Shown: in pieces, positions 1 through 8,912 of the stretch
Layout of the letters: every line of letters begins with the position of its first letter
Position numbering within the stretch: position 1 is the first letter of the stretch
Assembly (NCBI GenBank): GCA_947630045.1
Contig: CANRGC010000009.1
Location: forward strand, 21,566 to 85,565
Length of the DNA stretch: 64,000 bases
Reading direction: 5' to 3'
Source of the DNA: Candidatus Gastranaerophilales bacterium
GTDB taxonomy: Bacteria > Cyanobacteriota > Vampirovibrionia > Gastranaerophilales > Gastranaerophilaceae
Program-made: the position numbers and the translations under genes
Notes under the pieces: model-generated
Databases searched by the model: none
What the model was told of the DNA's origin: nothing
The model's input: only the letters and a program-made list of their open reading frames with translations

Positions 1-813
1 TTTATCGGAAAGGATTGTATCACAAATTGTTGCCGCCATTTCTGCGGGTGAAACATGGTTAACGGGAAAGACATTCATCATTGGTTTGGTGTCTAATCTT
101 TCCAATAATTTATAAATTAATTTTTCATCTTCTTCGGTACCAAAAACCATAAGTTCGTTCTTGGAAGCATTTACGGCAACGACAGGAACGGAAGAAACGC
201 CCTGATATTTGCCTGTAAACATACTTTTATTTAAAAAGTTAGCTATTGATTGCGCATTTGCATATTTAACAGGAATGACCGTGAAATTTTGTCTTGCATA
301 ACTTAAATCTTTTGCGGCGTCTTTCGTGGCAATTATTAAGTTATTATCCTGTCTTACATATGTAAGTTCCGCAGCGTCCAAAATAAACTCTAAAGCCGTA
401 TCGGCGGAAACATCTTTAAGGTCAAGCGTAACCGTGCCGGATACCGAGTTGTGGAAAATTATATTCATTTTTGCTTTGTCTGCAAACATTCTTAAGACTT
501 GTTTTACGTCAGCATCTCGAAGTGAAACCGAAATTTTATCTTTATTGCCGACAACCTGAATGTTGCCTGTCAGTCTTGTTGTATAAGGAACACTAACGGC
601 TTCCGGACTGTTGGCGTCAATAATATATTCTTCGCCGTCTTCCAAATAACGGGTTTCGCCCGAGTCATTACCAACGACGGAAATACCGTCGGCACTTAAT
701 GCAAGTTTATTGTTAGCCAAGTCTAAACCTGCCCAAGCGCATTGACCCACAGAAAATGCGAGTGCAACGGTCATTGCCGAGTTTATCAAGTTTTTCTTTG
801 TGAATGTAAACAT
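1..813 (-). CDS. pilQ: type IV pilus secretin PilQ, N-terminal part. The gene runs off the left edge and the secretin barrel is outside the window.
   Basis: Absent from the ORF track because there is no stop in the window. My translation from ATG (811-813, minus) gives MFTFTKKNLINSAMTVALAFSVGQCAWA (signal peptide). It continues with ISVSLRDADVKQVLRMFADKAKMNIIFHNSVSGTVTLDLKDVSADTALEFILDAAELTYVRQDNNLIIATKD (secretin N0/STN-like). It then shows FTVIPVKYANAQSIANFL...ELMVFGTEEDEKLIYKLLERLD (Secretin_N-type repeat). Confidence 0.75.
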   Translation of the reverse strand, partial: MFTFTKKNLINSAMTVALAFSVGQCAWAGLDLANNKLALSADGISVVGNDSGETRYLEDGEEYIIDANSPEAVSVPYTTRLTGNIQVVGNKDKISVSLRDADVKQVLRMFADKAKMNIIFHNSVSGTVTLDLKDVSADTALEFILDAAELTYVRQDNNLIIATKDAAKDLSYARQNFTVIPVKYANAQSIANFLNKSMFTGKYQGVSSVPVVAVNASKNELMVFGTEEDEKLIYKLLERLDTKPMMNVFPVNHVSPAEMAATICDTILSDK

Positions 814-833
814 TTATTGTTAACTCCTGATTA

Positions 834-2180
834 TTACTTTCTGTTAATTTCTATACTGTCTGTAGACACGTATTGTCTTGTTCCGTCCGAAACATTAATC
901 ATATTTGAAACGGGAATATCGGCGCTTACATCAAAAGATTCTCCGACATAAGCTTTGTATGTATTTGTTGCATTTTTAATGGCAACATAGTCTTTTGTAA
1001 TCTGGTAAACTGCATAATTGTCAATTTTGTCACCTTTTTGAACAAAATAATCTTTGCCGTCATACCTTAAAATGGCAGAAGGTTTTGAAGGGTCATACAT
1101 AATGCCTGAAACACCGATTGTAAAAAGTTTTCTTGCTTCCGATGCCTGAGGGTCAACAGCGTCAGCCTCTGGGGGCATTGGCAAGGTAATATCAAGCGCC
1201 GCATAACCTTTGTCATTAAACAAAGAAGACGGTACGAAAGGATTTCTTCTTCCCGTCGGAGAAACTTGAACTACAACTTTTTTATCGCTTGTTTTTGCTG
1301 CATTTTTATCATTTTTCTTAGAGGAATCTTTGACTTCTTGTGTTTGATTTTTTACATCCGAAACCCCGAGTTCGTTTTGCAATTCTTGTGCTTGTTTTTG
1401 TGTTTCTGCAAGATATGCTTCATTTTGCGCTTGAAGCTGTGTTTCCTCATTAGAAGGAAGATTTTCAATATCGGTTGAAGATGAAATTGAATTTCCTAAA
1501 AACGTATATATGTAATATCCGCCTGCCAAAACTATAAAAAGAACAAGAGCAACCATAATGGCGGGAGATAAATTACTTTTGTGTTTATTTTCAGGAATAA
1601 AGTCGACTTCCGCATTAAAGGAATCATCATTTTGGAAGTTTTGACTTTCATCATAAGTTTGATTTTGAGTATTTATTTTCGGTAAAGAACCGTCTTCTTC
1701 CGAAGTTTCAGGCGCTTTTATTTCAAGATTTGCATACGCATTTGGTTGTTTATCATCCAAAAGCCCGAGAAGCTCATCGTCAACAACCCCTGAAAGATTT
1801 GCGTTATCAACATTTTCAACCTTTGCATTTTCATCAAAGAGGTCTTTATCCGCATTATAATAATCTTCGTTTTCTTCTTCATAAACCTGATTTGGGTTTA
1901 TGTCAGATGAAATTTCTTCTTCAGGTAAAGTTATATCCTCATCGTTTTGAACATTCTCAACACTTTCATTTTCAAGAGTATTCTCAAAACTTTCTTGTGG
2001 TTCTTCTTCAACGGGAACATTCTCAGACAAAACCGCCTCATTTTTCGGGGTTTTATCTTCAATGATTTCGGATAAATCTGAATCGCTTTCACCTAAAAGC
2101 TCATCCCAAGAGATAGCGTCTTGGGTGTCTTCTAATGAAAATTCATTATTCTCTTTTTCTTGGTCTTCACTAAATTGCAT
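834..2180 (-). CDS. bitopic membrane protein with a hyper-acidic N-terminal region, one TM helix and a PilP-like C-terminal domain. Putative T4P alignment-complex component.
   Basis: 448-aa ORF ending 20 nt upstream of pilQ. The first ~215 aa are D/E/N-rich low complexity. The TM helix is AIMVALVLFIVLAGGYYIYTFL. The C-terminus reads RRNPFVPSSLF...FTIGVSGIMYDPSKPSAILRYDGKDYFVQKGDKIDNYAVYQITKDYVAIK, which fits the PilP/GspC-HR pattern (xxPF motif followed by a small beta domain). Confidence 0.55.
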   Translation of the reverse strand: MQFSEDQEKENNEFSLEDTQDAISWDELLGESDSDLSEIIEDKTPKNEAVLSENVPVEEEPQESFENTLENESVENVQNDEDITLPEEEISSDINPNQVYEEENEDYYNADKDLFDENAKVENVDNANLSGVVDDELLGLLDDKQPNAYANLEIKAPETSEEDGSLPKINTQNQTYDESQNFQNDDSFNAEVDFIPENKHKSNLSPAIMVALVLFIVLAGGYYIYTFLGNSISSSTDIENLPSNEETQLQAQNEAYLAETQKQAQELQNELGVSDVKNQTQEVKDSSKKNDKNAAKTSDKKVVVQVSPTGRRNPFVPSSLFNDKGYAALDITLPMPPEADAVDPQASEARKLFTIGVSGIMYDPSKPSAILRYDGKDYFVQKGDKIDNYAVYQITKDYVAIKNATNTYKAYVGESFDVSADIPVSNMINVSDGTRQYVSTDSIEINRK

Positions 2181-2311
2181 TGATTAACCTATAACCTTCA
2201 ATATTCTTATCCACCTGATATGTCTAAATTACCAAACATATATTTACAGTATCTTACAATTTTTTATGTTTTACACCGGAATTTACAAAAATCAACTATT
2301 TGTATTAGTCT

Positions 2312-3592
2312 TTAATCGTATTCTCCTGTGTATATCATTTCAAAATTTCCAACATAGAGGGTGTCTCCGTCTTTTAAGCCCTTTTGTTTAAGTTCCGTAA
2401 ATACTCCCATGGAATCAAGAATATTTGTAAGCCTCCTAATTTGTCTTACGTTTTTTATATCCGTAACACTGAGTAACCTTCTTATTTTACCACCATCAAC
2501 GGAATATGTGTTTTTATTAAGCCGAACAACTTCATAAGCGCTGTCGTCATTATCGTCAAAACCCTTATCCTCACTAATTTTTAGCTCAAATTTGGGCGAT
2601 GGAATTTCTTCATATTTTTTGTAAACATAGTTTAATAGTTCCCTGATTCCATATCCTGTAACAGCCGACACAACAAAAACATTTTCGTTTATTTTTAGGA
2701 ACTTTTCCCTTAATTCATGGGCTTTTTCTTCCTCTATGGCATCTTGTTTATTCAGCATGACAATTTGAAATCTTGAAGAGAGTTCATGCGAATATTTTGA
2801 AAGCTCATTGTTAATTATTTTAAAGTTTTCAAGCGGGTTTTCAGCCGTCATGTCAACTACATGGATAAAAAACTTGCACCTTTCGACATGCCTTAAAAAT
2901 TCATACCCCAAGCCGACACCGCTGTGCGCCCCTTCAATAAGCCCCGGAATATCCGCCACAACAAAGTTATCTCCGTCAGGATTTTTAACAACTCCAAGAT
3001 GAGGAACAAGCGTGGTAAAAGGATAATCGGCTATTTTTGGCTTTGCGGATGAAATTCTTGATATAAAGCTTGATTTTCCCGCATTCGGCATGCCCAAAAG
3101 CCCGATGTCTGCAATAAGTTTTAATTCAAGTTCAAGTTCCCTTTCAACGGCGGCTTCCCCCGGTTCCGAAAATTGGGGAGCCCTTGAAGCGGAAGTGGCA
3201 AATTTTGCATTCCCTCTGCCCCCTCTGCCGCCTTTTGCAATTAAAACTTTTTTTTCATCAAAGTCCATATCCGCAATAATTTCATTTGTTTTTAAATCAC
3301 GGACAATTGTTCCCAAAGGAACTTTTATATAAATATCTTTTCCGTTTTTTCCGTATTGATTTTTTATTTTTCCGTTTTCACCGTTTTGCGCCTGAAAAAC
3401 AGATTTGTAAGTAAAATCAAGAAGAGTTGTCATGTTTTCATCAGCCACAAAATATACGCTTCCGCCGTCTCCGCCGTCTCCGCCGTCAGGACCGCCTTTA
3501 TCCACGTATTTTTCTCTGTGCCAAGCTACGGCACCATTTCCGCCTGCGCCTGATAAAACTTTTATTTTTACTTTATCAATAAAACTAGCCAA
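2312..3592 (-). CDS. obg: GTPase Obg/CgtA
   Basis: FIDKVKIKVLSGAGGNGAVAWHREKYVDKGGPDGGDGGDGGSVYF is the Obg fold. G motifs are GMPNAGKSS and DIPGLIEGA. A C-terminal OCT-like domain is present. The apparent start is TTG at 3592, preceded by AAGGA. Confidence 0.95.
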   Translation of the reverse strand: MASFIDKVKIKVLSGAGGNGAVAWHREKYVDKGGPDGGDGGDGGSVYFVADENMTTLLDFTYKSVFQAQNGENGKIKNQYGKNGKDIYIKVPLGTIVRDLKTNEIIADMDFDEKKVLIAKGGRGGRGNAKFATSASRAPQFSEPGEAAVERELELELKLIADIGLLGMPNAGKSSFISRISSAKPKIADYPFTTLVPHLGVVKNPDGDNFVVADIPGLIEGAHSGVGLGYEFLRHVERCKFFIHVVDMTAENPLENFKIINNELSKYSHELSSRFQIVMLNKQDAIEEEKAHELREKFLKINENVFVVSAVTGYGIRELLNYVYKKYEEIPSPKFELKISEDKGFDDNDDSAYEVVRLNKNTYSVDGGKIRRLLSVTDIKNVRQIRRLTNILDSMGVFTELKQKGLKDGDTLYVGNFEMIYTGEYD

Positions 3593-3683
3593 CTTATATC
3601 CTTTAATTCAATCTAAGTGTACCAAAAGAACGCTTCTTTAACAAGATTTGATTTTTTGGCGATTGAGGGTAAAAATATATATT

Positions 3684-4871
3684 ATGGAAAACATTCTTCT
3701 TGTAGATTGTGACAATTTCTTTGTTTCATGCGAACAGATGTTTAACCCCGAATTGGAAGGAAAGGCGGTTTGTGTTCTCGGAAATAATGACGGCTGTGTA
3801 ATTGCCCGTTCAAACGAAGCAAAAGAAATGGGCATTCCCATGGGGCTTCCTTATTTTATTGCAAAAAAGAAATTCAAAGACGCTATTTATGTTTCAGGAA
3901 ACAGAAAAAAATATTCCGAAATTTCAAAAAAAATTATGAAAAGACTTTTGGATTTCACCCCGTGTGTTGAAAAATATTCAATAGACGAAGCTTTTTTAGA
4001 CATAAGAGGAATGGAAAAATTTTATAAAATATCCTCAATTCAAGTTGCAGACAAGATAAGAAAAACAATAAAAGAAGAATTTAAAATAAACGTTTCAATC
4101 GGAGTTTCAAAAACAAAAACTCTGTCTAAAATTGCAAGTGAAATTGCAAAATTTAAAGTCAGAAAAAAGATAAAAGACGAATATGAAGGCGTTTTTAAAA
4201 TTGATGATGAAAACAGAGAAAAAATTTTATCTCAAACCAAAATTGAAGATGTTTGGGGAATAGGAAGAAATTTACACAAATTTTTCAGAAAACACAACGT
4301 GAGGCTGGCTTCGGATTTTTGTGAGCTTGATGATGATTTTCTTAAAAGAAATCTGGGCAAAAGGGGGCTTGAATTAAAACAAGAGCTTAAGGGAAACCTT
4401 CAATTAAAAGTGATTGATTATTACGTTCCGCCAAAATCGGTTTCAAGAACCTCTACTTTTAAAAAAAGTACAAATTCCAAAACCTATATTTTAAACGAAT
4501 TAAACGCCCATTTACATGAAGTTTGCAAAGAACTGAGGCAAAATAAACTTTCAGCCGGCGGAATGTCCGTGTTATTAAGATATAAAGATTTTAGGGTTGT
4601 TGTAAATAAAATCGACTTTAAAAGCCCAAAATCAAGCGAGTTTGAGCTTTACAAAGAAATGCACAACCTTTTTGAAGAGCTTTACAAAGAAAGCGCCATA
4701 TATCGCTCATCCGGAGTTATCGTATATAAATTAACACCAACGGAAGACATTCAACAAGGGCTTTTTGAAGATGTTGAGGCGAAGAAAAAAAGAAAACTTT
4801 CTGACGCTTGGGATAAAATTGAACAAAAATTCGGATACGGCGCAATTAATATCGGCATTAAGCACGATTAA
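3684..4871 (+). CDS. Y-family DNA polymerase (UmuC/DinB-like translesion polymerase)
   Basis: MENILLVDCDNFFVSCEQMFNPELEGKAVCVLGNNDGCVIARSNEAKEMGI and YSIDEAFLDI are classic Y-family palm motifs. The SNNDGCVIARS-type signature is closer to UmuC. No umuD is adjacent. I moved the start to ATG 3684. Confidence 0.85.
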   Translation: MENILLVDCDNFFVSCEQMFNPELEGKAVCVLGNNDGCVIARSNEAKEMGIPMGLPYFIAKKKFKDAIYVSGNRKKYSEISKKIMKRLLDFTPCVEKYSIDEAFLDIRGMEKFYKISSIQVADKIRKTIKEEFKINVSIGVSKTKTLSKIASEIAKFKVRKKIKDEYEGVFKIDDENREKILSQTKIEDVWGIGRNLHKFFRKHNVRLASDFCELDDDFLKRNLGKRGLELKQELKGNLQLKVIDYYVPPKSVSRTSTFKKSTNSKTYILNELNAHLHEVCKELRQNKLSAGGMSVLLRYKDFRVVVNKIDFKSPKSSEFELYKEMHNLFEELYKESAIYRSSGVIVYKLTPTEDIQQGLFEDVEAKKKRKLSDAWDKIEQKFGYGAINIGIKHD

Positions 4872-5536
4872 ACGTCTTTTTCTCTGAGTCTGTTTTTTTC
4901 GTTTTTCATCGCTATCCACAGGATGTATTTCAAAGGTTTTGCTATTATTATTGCAAAAAGTGAAAAAACGATATCATAAGCTATGTTTGTAAAAATCAGA
5001 TGAAAATTAGGGCTGTAATGAGAAGAATTAAAAATGCTCAATATAACGGAATATAAAATTCCGCAAAAATGTATTGATAAAACCCCGATTACTGCGGCAA
5101 AAAACATATTTTTAACAGTATACCTTCCGGATAAAATTCTTCCCGAAAAAATTATTGCCGCAAAAAACCCGAGAATATAACCAAAAAAGTAGCTCTTTAC
5201 GTATCCGACTCCGCCCCCGAAAGCAAAAACGGGCCAAAGGAAAAACCCGACAAGAAGATAAATAAGCATAACAAGAAACCCGAACCTTGCCCCTAAAAGA
5301 CTTGCCGTTAACATAACAACGGGAATTTGAGGAACAAGCTGATACGCCTTTGTTCCGCTGACAAGTCCGTTTCCTTCGTTAATAAGCCAAAAATGAACAA
5401 TATCAATTTTGGTAAATGTTGCCACAATCAAAAGAACAACGCAAAGAAGTACAACGGCAAGCGTACCCAACGAAAACGGGGTGGCTTCGCCTCTGTATAC
5501 AAACTCTTTAATTTCACCCGTTAATCTTTTGTTCAT
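4868..5536 (-). CDS. BioY-family biotin transporter S-component (probable)
   Basis: Polytopic membrane protein. QIPVVMLTASLLGARFGFLVMLIYLLVGFFLWPVFAFGGGVGYVKSYFFGYILGFFAAIIFSG matches the BioY pattern (TPITLQ...LLG...G...Y...G..GLPVFAGG..G......PTGGYL.GF). Confidence 0.6.
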   Translation of the reverse strand: MNKRLTGEIKEFVYRGEATPFSLGTLAVVLLCVVLLIVATFTKIDIVHFWLINEGNGLVSGTKAYQLVPQIPVVMLTASLLGARFGFLVMLIYLLVGFFLWPVFAFGGGVGYVKSYFFGYILGFFAAIIFSGRILSGRYTVKNMFFAAVIGVLSIHFCGILYSVILSIFNSSHYSPNFHLIFTNIAYDIVFSLFAIIIAKPLKYILWIAMKNEKNRLREKDV

Positions 5537-6101
5537 TTTTTATCCTTGAATTGAGATATTGTCTTCTTTCTTCTAAAATTTGTCTGTATTTGTCGGAGAA
5601 AATATTTTCCGTCCACATTATAATAGCATCTTCGTTATTATCTTGATAGTATTTTTTTCTCATTCCAAGCGACTTAAACCCGAAACTTTCATAGAGGTTT
5701 TTTGCCCTTTCGTTAGATTTTCTGACCTCAAGAGTCATAAATTTGATTTTATCTTCATAACACATATCTAATGAAGAAATAATTAAAAGGTGGGCAATTC
5801 CTTTTCCTTGAAAATCAGGATGCACGGCAAGATTTGTGACGTGCGCTTCGTCAAAAATGCGCCACACGCCCATATAGCCCACAGCTTTGTTGTTTTCATT
5901 CACCGCAACAATATATCTTGCGCAAGAATTTTCAAGCTCTCCCGCAAAAGAATTTCTGCTCCAATGATGTTGCCCGTAACATCTTTCTTCAATTTCCATA
6001 ATGTCATCAAGATGATAAAGGGCAAGCTTTTCAATATGATAATTTTCCATTTTCAAAAAAATCTTACCATAAATTTTAAATAATTGTTTTTCTGTAAACA
6101 T
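5514..6101 (-). CDS. rimI: ribosomal-protein-alanine N-acetyltransferase RimI-type GNAT
   Basis: GYMGVWRIFDEAHVTNLAVHPDFQGKGIAHLLI...LEVRKSNERAKNLYESFGFKSLGMRKKYY...EDAIIMW. The true start may be the internal Met (MENYHIEKL) near 6050. Confidence 0.8.
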   Translation of the reverse strand: MFTEKQLFKIYGKIFLKMENYHIEKLALYHLDDIMEIEERCYGQHHWSRNSFAGELENSCARYIVAVNENNKAVGYMGVWRIFDEAHVTNLAVHPDFQGKGIAHLLIISSLDMCYEDKIKFMTLEVRKSNERAKNLYESFGFKSLGMRKKYYQDNNEDAIIMWTENIFSDKYRQILEERRQYLNSRIKNEQKING

Positions 6102-6150
6102 AACTTATAAAATATCTTTTTAAAAAGTTCTTTTGTTATAAAATTTTTGT

Positions 6151-6879
6151 ATGATAAAAATTCTTGCGATAGATGACGATGTTTCAATTTTGGAACTTAT
6201 AAAAATTAACCTCGAACTTCAAGGGTATGTCTGCGAAATTTCGCCTGACCCCGTTAAGGGTTTTGCGATTTTAAAACAGGGGGATTTTTCTCTTGTTATT
6301 TTGGACGTTATGATGCCTGATGTTGACGGTTTTTCTCTCGCCATGAAAATTCGCCAAAATAAAGAAACGAAAGACATTCCGATTATTATGTTAACCGCTC
6401 TCGGCGCTTTGGATGACAAATTAAAGGGTTTCAACTCGGGTGTGGACGATTATCTTATAAAACCTTTTGAAATTGAAGAATTAAAAGCAAGAGTGCAGGC
6501 ACTTTTAAACCGAACGGGCAAAGGGCTTGAATCTTCAAGGGTTAAAGAGCTTTTAACAATGGGGGATATAACTTTAATTCCCGAAAGTTATACGATTAAA
6601 ATTTTAGACAAAGAAACTAAACTGACCCCGATTGAGTTTGAAATTTTAAATGTTTTAATGCAACATCATTCAAACATGGTTTCTTCCAAACAGCTGTTAA
6701 AAGAAGTTTGGGGCTATTTGGATGATGAAGATGTTGATACTATCAGGGTGCATATCAGACACCTGAGGGCAAAAATAGATAAAATTTCAACACACAAAAA
6801 TAAATACATTGAAACTATATACGGTGGCGGATATAGATTAATGCCAAATGGAATTAACTTAAAAACAAACAAAAAATGA
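6151..6879 (+). CDS. OmpR-family response regulator, orphan, RpaB/Ycf27-like
   Basis: Receiver domain DDD...VILDVMMPDVDGFSL...PIIMLTALG...GVDDYLIKPF. A winged-helix output domain follows (LTPIEFEILNVLMQH...IRVHIRHLRAKI...GGGYRL). No histidine kinase is adjacent. Confidence 0.9.
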   Translation: MIKILAIDDDVSILELIKINLELQGYVCEISPDPVKGFAILKQGDFSLVILDVMMPDVDGFSLAMKIRQNKETKDIPIIMLTALGALDDKLKGFNSGVDDYLIKPFEIEELKARVQALLNRTGKGLESSRVKELLTMGDITLIPESYTIKILDKETKLTPIEFEILNVLMQHHSNMVSSKQLLKEVWGYLDDEDVDTIRVHIRHLRAKIDKISTHKNKYIETIYGGGYRLMPNGINLKTNKK

Positions 6880-6892
6880 TAGAAGCGATACT

Positions 6893-8146
6893 ATGTTTTC
6901 CCAAAATATAAAAAAACAGTATATATATCTTATTATTGTAATTTTGTGTCTTTTTGCCGTTTATAAAAAACCGATTTTTATTGACGACAACTTAAGCAAA
7001 AAAGAAACCGTTCAGGTTGAAAATGTTTCTCCGAAAGAACTTTTTATAGACTCATACAAACTTGTAAAAGAAAATTATTGGGATAAAGAACTTTGTGAAA
7101 ACAATCTTTCAAGGTGGAAAAAACGATATCTCAACAAAATCAAAGACACCGAAGACGCAAAAATAGCAATAAATTCAATGCTTCAAAGCTTAGATGACCC
7201 TTATTCAAAATTTTTGGATGAAGAAGAATTCAGCGAACAAAATACCCATATTAATTCAAGAATTTACGGAATAGGGGTAAATATTGCTTCAGAATCAGGA
7301 AAAGTTATTATAATTAATGTCGTAAAAGGCACTCCTGCGGATTTTGCAGGCTTAAAGCCTTTGGATATGATTTTAAAAATTAACAATCAGGAAACAAACG
7401 GAAAAAGCCTTTTTCAGGTGGCAAACTATATTAAAGACCCGAAATATGACTCTGTCAGTATGGAAATTTTAAGGGGAAATAAAAAACTTACAAAACAGAT
7501 TAAAAAAACGGAAATTAAAATTAAAACGGTAAAATCTGACATTATAGACAAACAAATCGGATATATTAAAATTTCAAGCTTTATTTCAAGCGATACTCCG
7601 GTTGAATTTATCGACGCAATAAATAAAGTTAAAAACACAGACGCCCTCATTCTTGACTTAAGAGGAAACACGGGGGGTTTGTTTCAAAATGCGGTTTTTG
7701 TGGCGGACATTTTCTTAGACGATAAAAATATCGTTTCGGTTCTCGGAAGAAACGGAAAAAGAAGCCTGTATAAGACCCATAAGAAAAATTATTTTTATGA
7801 TAAGCCTATGGTTGTTCTTGTTGATTTTGAATCGGCTTCAGCCTCAGAAATTGTATCCGGAGCCTTGAAAGACAATAAACGTGCAATTATAGTCGGCACA
7901 AGAACATTCGGCAAAGGGCTTGTGCAAAAGATTTTTGAACTTCCGAACCAAACAGGCTTAAATTTAACAATTGCAAGATATTTAACCCCGAATGAAACCG
8001 ATATTAACAAAAAAGGAATTTCACCCGATTATCTTGTTCAAATAACAAAAGAAGATCAGGAAACCAATAACGACAGACAGTTAAACTTTGCAATCAAAAC
8101 CCTTCATAATGAAATTGAAAGAAAAAAGCTTGCGAAAAATAATTAA
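6893..8146 (+). CDS. ctpA: C-terminal processing (tail-specific) peptidase, family S41, with PDZ domain
   Basis: DDPYSKFLDEEEF, a PDZ domain (GIGVNIASESGKVIIINVVKGTPADFAGLKPLDMILKIN), the catalytic region LILDLRGNTGGL...SASASEIVSGALKDNKRAIIVGTRTFGKG, and an N-terminal TM/signal anchor. Confidence 0.9.
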   Translation: MFSQNIKKQYIYLIIVILCLFAVYKKPIFIDDNLSKKETVQVENVSPKELFIDSYKLVKENYWDKELCENNLSRWKKRYLNKIKDTEDAKIAINSMLQSLDDPYSKFLDEEEFSEQNTHINSRIYGIGVNIASESGKVIIINVVKGTPADFAGLKPLDMILKINNQETNGKSLFQVANYIKDPKYDSVSMEILRGNKKLTKQIKKTEIKIKTVKSDIIDKQIGYIKISSFISSDTPVEFIDAINKVKNTDALILDLRGNTGGLFQNAVFVADIFLDDKNIVSVLGRNGKRSLYKTHKKNYFYDKPMVVLVDFESASASEIVSGALKDNKRAIIVGTRTFGKGLVQKIFELPNQTGLNLTIARYLTPNETDINKKGISPDYLVQITKEDQETNNDRQLNFAIKTLHNEIERKKLAKNN

Positions 8147-8155
8147 CAATAAAAA

Positions 8156-8190
8156 TTAAAAAACCCGCTTTAAAAGGCGGGTTTAATTTA
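8156..8190. terminator. bidirectional intrinsic terminator between ctpA (+) and infC (-)
   Basis: Stem aaacccgc (8161-8168) pairs with gcgggttt (8177-8184). It is flanked by an A-run upstream and T-rich sequence downstream. Confidence 0.6.
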
Positions 8191-8192
8191 AA

Positions 8193-8726
8193 CTATTTTC
8201 CTGCATTTGGTGCAAGGATTGCCACAACATTTTTTCCTTCAAGCATTGGCTGTCTTTCTATAAGGGGCGAAACTTCTTCCATATCAGACAAAAACTTTTT
8301 TGCAAGATCGAATGCAAGTTTATTGTGCTGAATTTCACGCCCTCTCAGCATTACAACAAGTTTTACTTTGTCTTGCTGTGCCAAAAATTTCTTTGCGCTT
8401 TTTAATCTGACTTCATAATCATGGGTGTCAATTTTATAGCGCATTTTAACTTCTTTAACCTCAACGGCATGCTGTTTTTTTCTTGCTTCTTTTGCACGCT
8501 TTTCGGTTTCATATTTATATTTGCCCCAATCAATAATTTTAGCAACCGGCGGTGACTGATTGGGCGAAACAACAACTAAATCAAGTCCTCTTTCTTGCGC
8601 CATAATAAGCGCTTTTGGGGTTGGAACCGTTCCATGGTTCATTCCGGTTTCATCAATTAACCTTACTTCACGGGCTCTTATCGCCTCGTTTAAAAGCTCT
8701 TTTGCTTTTGCGTCTTCTCTTGCTAT
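8193..8726 (-). CDS. infC: translation initiation factor IF-3, with a non-AUG start (ATA at 8726 or ATC at 8729)
   Basis: The track ORF starts at an internal Met. The upstream in-frame sequence IIAREDAKAKELLNEAIRAREVRLIDETG is the conserved IF-3 N-terminus. It is bounded by an in-frame TAA and preceded by AAAGGAG. No ATG, GTG or TTG is available in that stretch. Confidence 0.9.
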   Translation of the reverse strand: MAREDAKAKELLNEAIRAREVRLIDETGMNHGTVPTPKALIMAQERGLDLVVVSPNQSPPVAKIIDWGKYKYETEKRAKEARKKQHAVEVKEVKMRYKIDTHDYEVRLKSAKKFLAQQDKVKLVVMLRGREIQHNKLAFDLAKKFLSDMEEVSPLIERQPMLEGKNVVAILAPNAGK

Positions 8727-8860
8727 GATTTTTCTCCTTTAAATAACTACAAAACCAAGTTTAACATGTATTTTTTTCAAGGGCAATAGAAATATATAAG
8801 CGTTTAAGCTAAATAGATTAGAATTTCAGCTCAAAACAATTTTTTATTAATTGAAAAATG

Positions 8861-8901
8861 CAAACAAAAAGAGGCAAGGAAAAAACCTTACCTCTTTTTT
8901 T
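8861..8901 (-). terminator. intrinsic terminator downstream of the SLH-protein gene
   Basis: gaggcaagg (8871-8879) pairs with ccttacctc (8886-8894) with one mismatch. On the minus strand it is followed by a T-rich tract (tttttgtttg). Confidence 0.5.
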
Positions 8902-8912
8902 ATATCGTTTAA

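Noticed and set aside
326-951. Plus-strand ORFs 326-559 and 742-951
   Set aside because: They are antisense to the pilQ N-terminal coding region and to the end of the PilP-like gene, and the minus-strand reading has clear secretin motifs.
3593-3683. Possible LexA/SOS box upstream of the UmuC-like polymerase (gtgtaccaaaagaacg)
   Set aside because: The half-sites GTAC and GAAC do not form the palindromes of known LexA boxes (CTGT-N8-ACAG, GAAC-N4-GTTC, or the cyanobacterial GTAC-N4-GTWC type). No umuD or lexA is nearby.
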